Shown: positions 37,491 through 49,430 of the stretch, piece after piece
Layout of the letters: each line of letters starts with the position of its first letter
Numbering within the stretch: position 1 is the first letter of the stretch
Source of the DNA: Bispira polyomma
Lineage: Eukaryota
Direction of reading: 5' to 3'
Length of the DNA: 64,000 nucleotides
Assembly: GCA_965649765.1 (NCBI GenBank)
Contig: OZ287758.1
Location: forward strand, 19,716,001 to 19,780,000
Notes under the pieces: generated by a model
Told to the model about the DNA's origin: nothing
Databases searched by the model: none
The model's input: the letters and a program-made list of their open reading frames with translations, nothing else
Position numbers and translations under genes: made by a program

Positions 37491-39909
37491 AGTACCAAGG
37501 TAGCGAGCTATTGGGATCGAGGTAGCGACCTATCGTGGATGACAACGACCTATCTTTATGATTGTAAGTGGTTGTAATGACCTATCTGTGTGAATCGGGC
37601 GGATATATTTGATTAGTATGAGTCAAATTCCTGATCTGACCTAATCTATGGGTCCTTGCTCACGACCTATCGCTACAATCGTTAACCAATACGATTAAAT
37701 TTTCCTTTCCGATTTATTCGCTTATGTAAAGAATCGTGAGGCCATGCAAAATTGTTTTACACCAGAATATAAATATTTTTCTATTTTTCAAATTAAGTTC
37801 TTGAAACCTGCTATCTACCGGTTTTTACAGTTCTTGTGAAGATCTCAGAATTACTTGGAATTACTGATTCATTAGGTGAGGATTCATTCTCCATACAAGT
37901 ACCTTTTTGTGACTAGATTTTTCTTATACAAAATCTGTTATCATTCATCTTTACAGATGGCACTTGTAAAATGGAAAACAAGATGGTTGTCACAATTGAA
38001 ACAAGATTTTCAGCTATAAACAATTAATTCCTTAACCGAATTGGTGGATTCAGTAAACAACATGTAGTGGGATAAGTTGTCAGCTTTTTTTTTTGAGGGG
38101 GGGGGCTCCTGTCTCATCTCAGAATAGTTTCTATGTCTCGTACAGTCTTTTATACATGTAAGTAGTGAGCTTACTTTGTGCCCGTCTGGGGCATTAGTTT
38201 CTTCTGACCTGACTTGTTACAGTTCCCTGTGTTCCTCACTGAAGTGGTCAATGCTTGTGTGGGTTGACTTATGTGTACAGAGGCGCCTTGAGGGTGGAGA
38301 CTCAATTAATGAGATAGCCAACATAAAAGGCCACTTTGGTCCTCCTTATGACACTAATAACACATGCACTTGAAAAAACACTGGGAAAGGGTAAACAGTT
38401 ACAAACAAAGATATTGGTTCAAATTAAACCAATCGTTTAAGCTGTGTAAACATAATAGGAAAACACTTTATGCAAAGAAAGATGTTCAATACATGTAGAG
38501 CTGATCAAATTATTGTATTCAGAATGAATTATAAAAAGTGCATGTGTTATACTGGTAATTTTGAGTGGCATTTTATAAAGTAATATATTTAAGTACTTGC
38601 GCAGTTTTAGTGAGGGGTTGTTAAGTTCACAGTGTCCTTCAGACCCCTTCACAAAGTTCACGTTATGATTAGTTTTATTGAGAGAACCAAACCAGACAAT
38701 CGTTGATATTTTGACAACAGACTGAAATTGATAGTTTTAATGTCATGACACGGAAATTAACTTTCTCAAACAAAGGCGGGTATATTTTAATTGCGAATCA
38801 AGCTATTCATTAAGTGTCATATTCGTGTTTTACACATAAAAAAACAATTAAAATTTCTAAAGTAAACATCAAATGGAGACACATGCTGAAATGTCGCTTG
38901 CTAAAAATTCATCAAAGATAATGTAAGTTGATTTAAATTGCAGAACTAAATTGTGTTTGAAACTTCGACCAATGCTTATTAACAAACTGTTTACAATCAA
39001 ATACAAAAAAGGCAGCATGTCATTTAAATATGTACATGCAACTTTTGATCGTAGCATATTAAACCAATGGTTAAGTCATTTACTTGAAGATAATGTGCCA
39101 ACTATGGCCTTCTTAGTAACTTTACAAGTGGAGTTAGATGTATATGCCCAGTTCGTGTGGAGACAAACCGTCCCAAATGAAGAGGTGACATTTTGTAGGT
39201 GAGTGGTACTAGAGTTCGTCCTGGTCTGGCATTGTCTTAGGTGTTGATGTAGGGAGGGTTAGGGCACTGTGTGGGCGGAATGTAGAACCTCTATCAAACA
39301 ACTACAACCTCCTCAAACATTAACACACGTTTTACAAGGTTTACAATAGTGTCATTTGATGTTACTTTCTGTGCGTCAGTCACCTGTCATTAATTTATGA
39401 GAGTTTGAAATAATTTTTTGTTGATAATTGTAAAGAGATACTTTGTAAAAACTTCATTCTAAAAAAACTGATTGTCAGTTGCAGTTTATCATGTATATAT
39501 AGTGGAGAGAAATTACAAGGTTATGAATGTATTGTAGAACTTCAAAAGTAAAGAGAAGTAAGTCTTTTAACTATCTTCTTATCCAAATTTATGTTTCATT
39601 GAATGCTAAAGTGAGGTGTATGATATTATTATTATACATTTTAAAGTGCTTTATTAATGCTAGGCATCGTCTAAAGCGTAACAGCAAAATTAGTGTTGCA
39701 ATCGTTAAGTATATTTTGGGAATTTTGAAGTAAAATACACCAGTTGTGTTTTTCTCCGTAGTTAAACTTGGATAATGGTAGACAAGTACTGGGGAACTCA
39801 GGTCTCCCATCACCCATGTTCTAGTATATAGAAAGGTACACCCAGTCAACATTAGAGGGTACACACCAGTTTCTGACCTTTCGAGCTGGTTGGGTGTTCT
39901 GTTGAGTGT

Positions 39910-40095
39910 CGCTGATAGAGTAGAGTGTACCTATGGACTGTGGAGTGTACACTTCAGTATTAGAGCTCTTTGTTCACACTGTATGCTTGTCTCTGAGTGT
40001 TACTGATAGAGTGTACCTATTGACTGTAGAGTGTACACTTCAGTATTATAGCTCTTTGTTCACTCTGTATGTTTGTTCTTGCAGTGCTGAATTAC
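39910..40095 (+). repeat. Two-copy tandem duplication of about 88 bp ending at a splice acceptor
   Basis: AGAGTGTACCTAT.GACTGT.GAGTGTACACTTCAGTATTA.AGCTCTTTGTTCAC.CTGTATG occurs twice. Confidence 0.85.
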
Positions 40096-40144
40096 TCCAT
40101 TCTCTTCCTGATCTGGGCAGTTGCCTCTGTCTCTCTCGTTGAAG
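40085..40144 (+). CDS. Signal-peptide exon of novel paralogue B
   Basis: TTGTTCTTGCAG acceptor and GAAG|GTATTT donor; 60 nt, phase 1 to 1. Encodes hydrophobic xLNYSILFLIWAVASVSLVE-G, in frame with 40817. The start codon/upstream exon is unresolved. Confidence 0.65.
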
Positions 40145-40525
40145 GTATTTTTCTGTTTAAATAGCTTCAGGCGCATTTATAAACAGTAACAAATTCTAGT
40201 ATTGTTTAGGTGACAATAAATTGTACTAAATATTATGACATGTCAACTGGATATGTGAGTTTTTACTTGTCCAATAACCACCACCTTTGTCCTTATTCCA
40301 CCACACACTGCATACACTCTTAACTTGAACTTTAGCTTTTTAATGCAAGTATAACATGGTACTGCAACTTTATAACAGAGATTTAAAAATTATTTAATAT
40401 ATAGTTGGTATTTGTGGCCAAAATAGGATTTTTAAGTGCAGCAGGCGGATTGTTTAGCTCTATTTATCATACTGGGTTGTCTAATTACAGGCCAAAGTGG
40501 TGTGCAAATAGAGAGTAATAAGTGG

Positions 40526-40718
40526 GGTTTTTTTTTGTTTTTTTTTTAAATTTGGATATTTAACGTTTACTCTAGTACCTGTTTAGGTTATATTAAGACG
40601 GGTAGTTGGAAATGCTGGATGAAACACTGCATACAGTTGATCAAGATTCTGCACTGAAACCAGCGGCCCACAGTAAGAAACTACCCACCTTTCCCACATA
40701 GGCATTGACGGGATGCGA
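40526..40718 (-). mobile_element. 5'-truncated family 1 SINE with poly(A) tail, intronic
   Basis: Reverse complement of the SINE from the B box onward. 14-bp TSD AGAGTAATAAGTGG (40512-40525 / 40719-40732). Confidence 0.92.
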
Positions 40719-40816
40719 AGAGTAATAAGTGGTACATCATGTACAGGGTTCAAAGAATATGTACAGTATTTGGTGGTTGCTGATGTTTGATGTCATCTTA
40801 CATGTCACCCTTTTAG

Positions 40817-41049
40817 GCTGTATGAATATGACCAAGTATGAGGCCAATATCACACTGACCGGTACAAGGACTAGAACAGTGCCCAAAGTATTAACAAGGA
40901 GGAACTGGATCGTACTAGCACAAAACAGTTTAGGAGAGGACACCCTACATATCCACTTCTATAATCCTGTGACATTGGGCCGTGTGACCTTTATGGAATG
41001 GTTTGCTGTTGGATATACACTGTATGCAGACAATGAAGAGGTTGCACAT
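40817..41049 (+). CDS. Core exon of novel paralogue B
   Basis: CCCTTTTAG acceptor and CAT|GTGAGT donor; 233 nt, phase 1 to 0. CMNMTKYEANITLTG..KVL..LAQN..D.L...F.NPVTLGRVT..F...TLY.. is homologous to 9137-9369. Confidence 0.87.
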
Positions 41050-41573
41050 GTGAGTCACAGGTTGTATAGTCTGCTAGAGTTCAGAAGTTGTCAGATGTTT
41101 CCAACAACATGGTCTGTATAGTGTGTGTTTAGAAGTTGACAAAGGTTTAAAACCATATGGTCCTCTTTGTGTGTTGTTGTTTAGAAGTTGCCAAAGTTTA
41201 AAATAACATTGTCAGGTAGATAATATTATAATTCGCCATGTTTATAGATATACAAATATGTATGTCCGAGTCAATATCAAACATCTGAATCAATCCAGCT
41301 ATACCCTAAGTTATATCAAATATTTACTGCTACACTTGCTAAACTAGTTTTATCAAGATTAGATGTATGCCCAGTATCAATTTGTATTGCAATACTGTTA
41401 TAGTATAGAATGGATACATGATGAAGCATTTAAAACCTGAGAGCTGTACCTTGACACTGTAGTGACTTTTGTTACACCATACTGCTACTGGGACACCAAG
41501 ATGTAGTGATCTTTTTATTGCACATCACTAGTTTGACCAGAATATTTAACTTCCTATGTCTATATATCTGCAG

Positions 41574-41714
41574 GATGAATTTACGGACCTCTTCAACCAA
41601 CAACTTGTCACTTTAAACATCGTTAAATATAACGTGAAAAATATACAGCTTCGAATCAAATATGGCCATTCCAGGGAAGTGGGAGTGAAGAGACTCCGAG
41701 TGGAAATCTGTTAA
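41574..41714 (+). CDS. Terminal coding exon of novel paralogue B
   Basis: CTGCAG acceptor, phase 0, 141 nt: DEFTDLFNQQLVTLNIVKYNVKNIQLRIKYGHSREVGVKRLRVEIC*. AATAAA at 41879-41884. Confidence 0.85.
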   Translation, partial: DEFTDLFNQQLVTLNIVKYNVKNIQLRIKYGHSREVGVKRLRVEIC

Positions 41715-42046
41715 CAAGGCTGACAGTAAGAAGTCACAACATATGCTGCTGGTATAGTGCTAGTATACTCAGTGCTAATGTAAACATGTGACAGACAATA
41801 CACACAATAGATCAAGACTAAAATATGTCAACTGGTAATTGCCGTTTGGCATTTAGGCCATATATATGAAAATGGAACAATAAATAGATTATAGTATAAG
41901 TTTAATATTAATTATAACATACTTATATTCTTTGATAAGTTGTAGTCACCAAAAAATATAATAATTTAATAATACTGATGATATGTTAAGCATACTGCTT
42001 TAAAATGTTACACTGTAGTCCTATAACAGCGGCAAAAGTTCGTTAA

Positions 42047-42571
42047 TAGCCCAGTCACACCTACACGTGCTGGAGGTACGTTTGTGTGACGTTTCCAATT
42101 GTTTAGAAACCTAGTACAAACATAGTAGAAGGTAATTGTGAAAGTGAGGATCCCTGGTGCGTTCGTTCCAGGACGTTGGTTAATGGATGATCTCGTTCCG
42201 GAAACGTCTCCCTTTGGTCGGCTGCAACAATTATTTCAAACTGTTTGAAATAATCGTGCCAGAGCCCTCCGTTTCTCAAGAACGTCTCCACTCATCTGTA
42301 ACAGTCGAAACACGTTTCACTAAGTAACAGAATGCACCAGTAGGTAGCAGTATACTAGCTTCGCATAGTAGTAGGTAGTGATATTCTACAAGTAAAGTGA
42401 TCGATTTTTGCCCCCGCTTAGTGTGTACAAGTACCAACATCATCACAAAAACGTCACAATCGACTCTCCCTTCATGGAAACGACTTCACTTTGCACGAAA
42501 CAACCACATTTTCAGTTTATATGGCTTTGCTAGGTTGGGTGACGCTAGCAAGTGTTGGTGTGACTGGGCTA
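42047..42571. mobile_element. MITE, probably PIF/Harbinger-type
   Basis: Perfect 15-bp TIR TAGCCCAGTCACACC / GGTGTGACTGGGCTA, flanked by a TAA duplication. Confidence 0.85.
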
Positions 42572-43039
42572 TAAAGGGATAGTTATTCGTGGAGTACATT
42601 TACTGAAAATCTAGTTTTTTTTTATTTTTGACAATGTAAGTTCACTTTAGTGCCATGTAGCAAACCCAAAGCAAAGCGTACAGAACACGATAGAAAAAAT
42701 ATGTTTCTTTATAAACAGAATCTTGGATTTGTCTGGTGGAAGAAAATTTAAGAGAGCAAAATGTAACTTGCCTATGTGAATTTTATTTTGCCAGGCAAAT
42801 CATATTGCAAAATTATATTTACACCATGCTGGAACTACACATACAGATGTAACTTGATTTTTACATGCGAGTTTACATGTTCAAAGTTTGGTATGAGCTT
42901 ATATGTAAACCAGTACACAGACAATATGTGGAAAATTAGTATTATATGCTTTATCTTGCACAAACTTTATATGTATAATATAAATGACATTAAAATAAAA
43001 TAAAACAAGAACAAATTTGTTATTTCTTTCTTTACGAAA

Positions 43040-43748
43040 TGAGTGGCTGTAATTGTAGTGGCCTTGTAAGTGACTGACTGTAATGGTAATGGACTTGTAA
43101 GTGACTTGCTGTAATTGTAATGGCCTTGTAAGTGATTTGCTGTAATTGTAGTGGCCTTGTAAGTGACTGACTGTAATTTTAGTGGCCTTGTAAGTGACTG
43201 ACTGAAATTGTAATGGCCTTGTAAGTGACTTGCTGTAGTTGTAGTGGCCTTGTAAGTGACTGACTGTAATTGTAGTGGCCTTGTAAGTGACTGACTGTAA
43301 TTGTAATGACCTTGTAAGTGACTTGCTGTAATTGTAGTGGCCTTGTAAGTGACTGACTGTAATTGTAATGGCCTTGTAAGTGACTTGCTGTAATTGTAGT
43401 GGCCTTGTAAGTGACTGGCTGTAATTGTAGCGGCCTTGTAAGTGACTGACTGTAATTGTAATGGCCTTGTAAGTGACTTGCTGTAATTGTAGTGGCCTTG
43501 TAAGTGACTGACTGTAATTGTAATGACCTTGTAATTGTAGTGGCCTTGTAAGTGATTGGCTGTAATTGTAGTGGCCTTGTAAGTGACTGGCTGTAATTGT
43601 AATGGCCTTGTAAGTGACTTGCTGTAATTGTAGTGGCCTTTTATGTGACTGACTGTAATTGTAATGGCCTTGTAAGTGACTTGCTGTGATTGTAGTGGCC
43701 TTGTAAGTGACTGGCTGTAATTGTAGTGTCCTTGTAAGTGACTGGCTA
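43040..43748 (+). repeat. 31-bp minisatellite, about 23 copies
   Basis: Unit GTAAGTGACT(GA/TG)CTGTAATTGTA(G/A)TGGCCTT. Confidence 0.97.
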
Positions 43749-44149
43749 GTACATATTTATCTCTACACCACTTCTTGCAACTGGTGTATTATTGGCAAGC
43801 TCAGTGTTAAACTTGAATATGGAATAATCTGTGTGAACTACACCTCAACATTATTATTTATATATTGGGTTTAAGTTCCGTTTATTTTATTTTTCGTGTT
43901 AAAGACATTAACAAGTGTACCTCAGCTGACAGTAGTGAAGAATTTATTCCAACTTGGAGCATAGAGAGGTAACTAGTAACCTTAAAGAAGTTGTTTCATA
44001 AACATTTTATTTGCTAATAATGCGAGAAATAAAACTTAAGGGGAAATATGTGTACATCATATGTACAAATCGTATATATCAATATGTCTGTTCATAAGGT
44101 CCCTTTTCATTACAGAAATTCATAATGTACTCTATCATTTCAGTTTAGA

Positions 44150-45840
44150 CGTAAACTCTAAATGAAACTTTTAATTTATTAAACACAACTTTATCTTTTA
44201 AGTTTAGGCTTAAACTCTAAGTTTAACTCTAAATTTAGTAAACGTAAACTTATGTAGGAACTGTAAGTTTAGGTGACCTTATGCCTTGTATATACATCTT
44301 AGTAGTTCTGCCTTACCTATATCTTGACTTGGTGACTTGAACTGGTGGGGTGATGCCTTAGCAGCACCACCATCAGTTCTGGTACCAGTCTAATGTGTTT
44401 AAATTTAGACCACCAGGGGTCATGGGTGCAAGTATTTTGCATTGGCGCCTATATCAGCGCCATTATTGGAAATATTTTTGTTAAAAGGAAAGAATGTTTT
44501 ACAAGTTTGGTATTTTTTTTTATGTTTTATCTACCGTTCTTAAGCTATAAAAATTAAAACCTGTATTCCTCATCATGCCTAAAGCAAAGAAGTATGACTG
44601 TAAGAAGTGCGCAGGCTCACACAAACAACCTGTAGGAAAAAATTATGTTCAGGACAAAGATCAGCGCACATGGTGCCTACTAGAGTAGTGAAAGACAACG
44701 TCGCCGATGAAGTGACCCCTCACTGACCATGCTTTGTCCGTGGACCCTTCAGTGTCCAGCCAGATTCTACTACAATTACAGGCTCTATATCATTCGATAG
44801 ACAGCATGGAGCAATGAGTTTGGGTCACGGAGGCGGCGCTGTGTGCACCCAGGGTCTTCAAAGGCAAATATAGACAATACTTCAGCACCTAATCCTAGCA
44901 GTAATAGTGAGGTGAGGCCATTGTCCCTATGTTGAATTATCTGCGTTCGCTTGAGACACTTCAACTCCATGTCGAACAACAATTGCTACAATTCTAGCAA
45001 TTGAATGCACTTACCAGTGCAGGTAAGCTTAGAACTCAAAGGGGACGGGGCAGACATTCCAATTAAAAAGAGTGTAGTTTGGCCCAGAACTTTGTTCTGA
45101 CTGGCAATAAAAACGTTAGATCCACTTATGATGATCCATCATTAGTGTAAGTCACAGCCGGCTTTGTTCGGTGTATACAAGAACAGAAGTCCATCAAAAT
45201 TCGCAAGACCAGGCTTGGTTACCTGGTTAACCTCATGGATGATGCTCACGACTTCTCGTGGGTCGCTGCGAAGGCATCCTACACAATTCTACTCACCACC
45301 ATGGAGTTGGATCATTTAAAGTGGACAAATCTGGACAAGGTGGACAGAATCCGTCGAGCTCACGCACAGTATCCCATCCTCCAGTCCTTGAACATGCGCC
45401 GTACTTCGGGAGCTTTTAAAGGCAGTGCAGACAAATCTCAAGCTGAAAACCTTGGCATTACTTGCCCATACTTTCAGGAAGGGACCTGCAAATTTACTAG
45501 TTGCCATAATTGGCCTGCTATTCAACCACTTTCGTGAGACCTGTGAGGGTTCCCACCAAACGAAATTGTGTGTAAAAAATCGGCCTCAAAAAACTAGGTA
45601 TTCACTGCAGTAATGACTGGAGTGTTTTGTCAAAGGCTTTTGACATATGCGAAGTTTGCTTTTATTTTAGGGCTACGGTTAAGTGCTGTTCTCATTTCTG
45701 TTTTAAATTTACTCATTCCTATTTATTTCCAAAAGTTACAACCTCAGTCTGAAAATACGCATATACCAAAGCATCTCCTTATTATATTTTACAGAAATGG
45801 CACCCTGAATGAACTATGACTGTTGTGCCTGTAAAATAAG
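44150..45840 (+). mobile_element. DIRS/Ngaro-type element, 5' part (gag-like ORF1, decayed)
   Basis: N-terminal CKKCAGSHKQPVG, then MDDAHDFSW.AAKA...ME...L.W....DRIRRAHAQ and a C-terminal CPYFQ.G.C finger. Homologous to the gag at 47871-48852. Confidence 0.78.
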
Positions 45841-45899
45841 TCACAAACAACCAATTAATGTTCTACTATTCTAGGTACACTAAGTATGGAAATGTAAAT

Positions 45900-48800
45900 A
45901 TGTATATGATATAAATTACCAAACCAATTGTAGCTATATGTTGTGTTGATTTATGTTGTAGGTGAGTATGGAAAGCCCTGGCCACTGAACCTGCTGCTTC
46001 AGGAGTCTTAACCAGGTACCTCCAAATGGCGTCAGACCTCCAACCACCGTGAACCTTAATACAGTCGACGTCGTGGTCAAAGGCCCAAGAAGCCCTTGAC
46101 CTTCTGAGAGCATGAAATCCATACTCTGATGTGGGTAACCATATTTTCCTTATAATGTTGGATAGGACCTTTCATATCTGTGACTATGGTAGTAAGGTGG
46201 TTGTTTTTAAATTGGAACAGGGGGGCCTTGTCTGAAATAGAGGTGGGTGAGGTGATTCTTCTAAGAGCCTGGACAGGACATAAAGGGGAGCCTGCGTGTG
46301 GTGGAAGCTGCACTACTTGGACCTGCCCTGTCACCTACATATTTTTGGGACATTTTGTGAGGACTTGAGCCCCTGGGGTCCCCAAATGACATCCCTGGGG
46401 GTTTGAAATCTGGATGGCTACAACTAGTAAGCTTTAGTTGGGACCAGTGTAGCTAGCCTAAAGAACCCGAAGAATCCTAACAGTATGATGTCCCTATAAA
46501 CCTCAGCCCTAGGGAAGTCTGTAATCGGTGAGATGAGTTCTGTCAATTTATTAATAGAAAGTACCCCTTTTATGTTGTATCTGAGGGGGGGCATTATGTG
46601 CTACAGATTAAAGCATGAGTGTTATCTTTTTATGCGTGAACAGCTGTGTAGGGAAGCCGTACATCTGGAATCAGTGCTTAAGGACCGTGGTGTACCGGTT
46701 GAGGGTCTGTTCTCCAAACGTATGCTGAGCTGAATACTCTAGAAACAATAGTACCGACTGTAAGTTGTGAGGGGAGTTGATTTCCAAGTGTAACAGAAAG
46801 GCTGTTATGAGGCTTGAATTTGGACTGATAAGCTGTAGAAGTTCTTGGCCTGAAGCCTGTTTCAACCATGTGTTTGACATCTCTAAGCAGGTCCCTTGCC
46901 ACTGGGTTACCTACAATAATTAAATTGAATAATTAGGAGACAACCATTTGGGATCAATGTAAAATCATTGACAACTCTTCAGATACTTCCCATAGTCGAG
47001 TGATAGGGGAAGCCATATTCTAGATATTGGCACACTATGTTAAAGTCATAATCTTGTAAAAAGTTGTGCCACGCTTTCATATTGAGCTGTGAAGGAACAG
47101 GGACTCTAGCCCCTTTATAGTTTGGGATCTGTTGAGCCTTTGTGAGGGCATGAGCTTTTGTGACCCACTTAACCATGTCAGTTTCACTTAATTGTTTATT
47201 ATGAGAGGGGGAGGGGGCAGTAAAGGTGGGTAATTGTTTTCTTAAGTTGCCTTTCTTAAGTGAAGTATTGATTGTGCAGTCCCTTGTAATTACCAGCTGG
47301 TTGTGAAGGTAATTGTTTTCCTTTGTTTGGTTAAAGTCTACACAATGGGGCCTTACTCTGAACTGGCCTTGTTGTAAGGTTTTGCCTATGCAACAGGACT
47401 ACCATGTGTCTCTCTCTCTGAATAGCTATCTCCTAACTTGCTATGAATTGTGATGAAGCTGTCGTCGTAACTCAAGCCTCTTTAAGTAGCCATGGTGTCT
47501 GTGTTTGTACTAGCAAAGGCGGTGCTTTGCCCTAAGTAAACCTTGTTGTTTTCTATATTGCCACTTGTTATGCTATGCTCCACCTCTGTAATACTATTGA
47601 GACTAATGTTGCCACATGCAGCCTGACTTATATCATTTACACTTGTTTCACTATTGTGACTAATACTGTTTAACTGACCTGTGTCACCACTGTGACCAAA
47701 ACTGAAAGAATGTACACCAGCAATGTTTGTAGCATCAGACTTAGTTGGGGGATCTATGACACTGTTGTTTACACATTGTAAGCCCTTATGGCTGTTATTG
47801 TTCACATTTTGTACTGACATGATCCAATTGCTAATTGTGGCCATTTGATTGTCTAGTTCTCTACCCCTTTTTACAAGTGTGCCCCCACCAAGTCCACTAG
47901 CATCATCACATGCACACCGTTGACACTTGCAATACCCCAGGTGTATATTTTCCCAGAATGTGCTACTTTCACCCAAGTGACGTTTCCCCTTTCTATCTCT
48001 GCAAGGATAGTGGCGTGGGCACATTTGCCCGTCGGCCAAAAAAGGGCTATTGCATCTTGCATCAGATTGTACTGATAAGCTAACATGTTTTGCCTGATCC
48101 CTTCGTCAGTCTCTTGAGAGATACAACGGGAGAACCCCTAGGTTCACTGGAATATAGAGAGCTCCTCAAAAGTGGGCATCTCCATGGCTTCAGTGAACAT
48201 ATAATGTTTGTGGGGCCATGACACAGCTACCTTAACCCTTCAGTACCCCAGTCTATAACGTCCCGACTTTACAAGCTTATTTGTACTTGTACCTGGAAAT
48301 TCCTCCTGTGATGTGTTCTCATATATTTAAAGGCGTCCGTCTACCTCGTCTTGAACGGCCAAATCTGACCTGAGAAAGTCTAAAGCAGGCAGTCTGCGAG
48401 ACTTCTGTGGCCTTTCAATATCACTCTTATCTGACCTCCAATGTTTAGGGGTACTGGAAGTTGAGGGGAGAGGTGCTTTGGATAGACATCCGTTCCTCTA
48501 AGTCGTCAAATCTGCCCATAATGGTATCCAGTTTGGATGCTACATCCGAGTTGCTTACCTGCTTCTTAGTCTTCCCCTTGGTACTTCTAGGATGACTGTC
48601 CCGAGGTGGAGATTTGCCCCAAAGTGGATATTGATCTGCTGCTTGGCTAGGCCCTGGTTCTTGTCTGCTAGATGATGGAGACAGTGCAGTGGAGCGAGCG
48701 ACTGGTTGAGAGTATGCTGATGACCACAATGACTGTCCAGCAATCTTCTTCCGGGAACAAAAATCCCCCAAAGGCGGTCTGTGCATAGATCTACACATAG

Positions 48801-49430
48801 AGCATCTTTCCTTACTTCTCTCACTTTGAGTGTTATACAATTTAGGTCCCATATCTGAGTATTCAGCTACTGTTAAAACTTTTTGAAAAAAAACTTATTA
48901 ATATCCTGTATTTAAAAAGGTTATAAGTAAAATGGTATATCCTAGGATGTGAAATATAAACACCAATGTAAAGAGTTGAGTTTATGATTCACACCTGCCA
49001 AGCATTTATTTTAGAATTAATGTAAATAGATGATTATGGCCAAGCCTGGGACTTTTGGCGGGTAATACCACTAATGATTGGTGTTTACAGGGAGAGAGAC
49101 TGACACTTGACGCTAGCCCCAATGAGCAGTGTTTACAGGGAGAGAGACTGACACTTGACACTAGCCCCAATGAGGGGTGTTTACAGGGAGAGAGACTGAC
49201 ACTTGACGCTAGCCCCAATGAGTGGTGTTTACAGGGAGAGAGGCTGACACTTGACGCTAGCCCCAATGAGCGGTGTTTACAGGGAGAGAGCCTGACATTT
49301 GACACTAGCCCCAATGAGCGGTGTTTACAGGGAGAGAGATTGACACCTGAGGCTAGCCTCAAGGCACGTGCTCAACTTGGACTTGAGTTGTCCACAAGGG
49401 TGAGCAGTAAACTCGGCTATAAATAGAGAT
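45900..49430 (-). mobile_element. DIRS/Ngaro-type element with gag and YR but RT/RNase H deleted
   Basis: gag CSMCRSMHRPPLG and LMQDA...W...AHATILAEIERG.VTW. The RT start PNYKGARVPV.SQLN..AW...LEYGFP jumps directly to the YR (GFRPRT, GFFRLA, LCPVQAL). Confidence 0.85.
49070..49358. repeat. 48-bp tandem repeat, about 6 copies
   Basis: Unit GTGTTTACAGGGAGAGAGACTGACACTTGACGCTAGCCCCAATGAGCG. Confidence 0.95.

Noticed and set aside
38951-39198. First coding exon of paralogue B
   Set aside because: There is a good GTGAGT donor, but the frame that would join 40085 has a TGA just upstream and no ATG.
49006-49426. Repeat proteins on both strands
   Set aside because: The open frames follow from a 48-bp unit without stops; there is no independent coding evidence.
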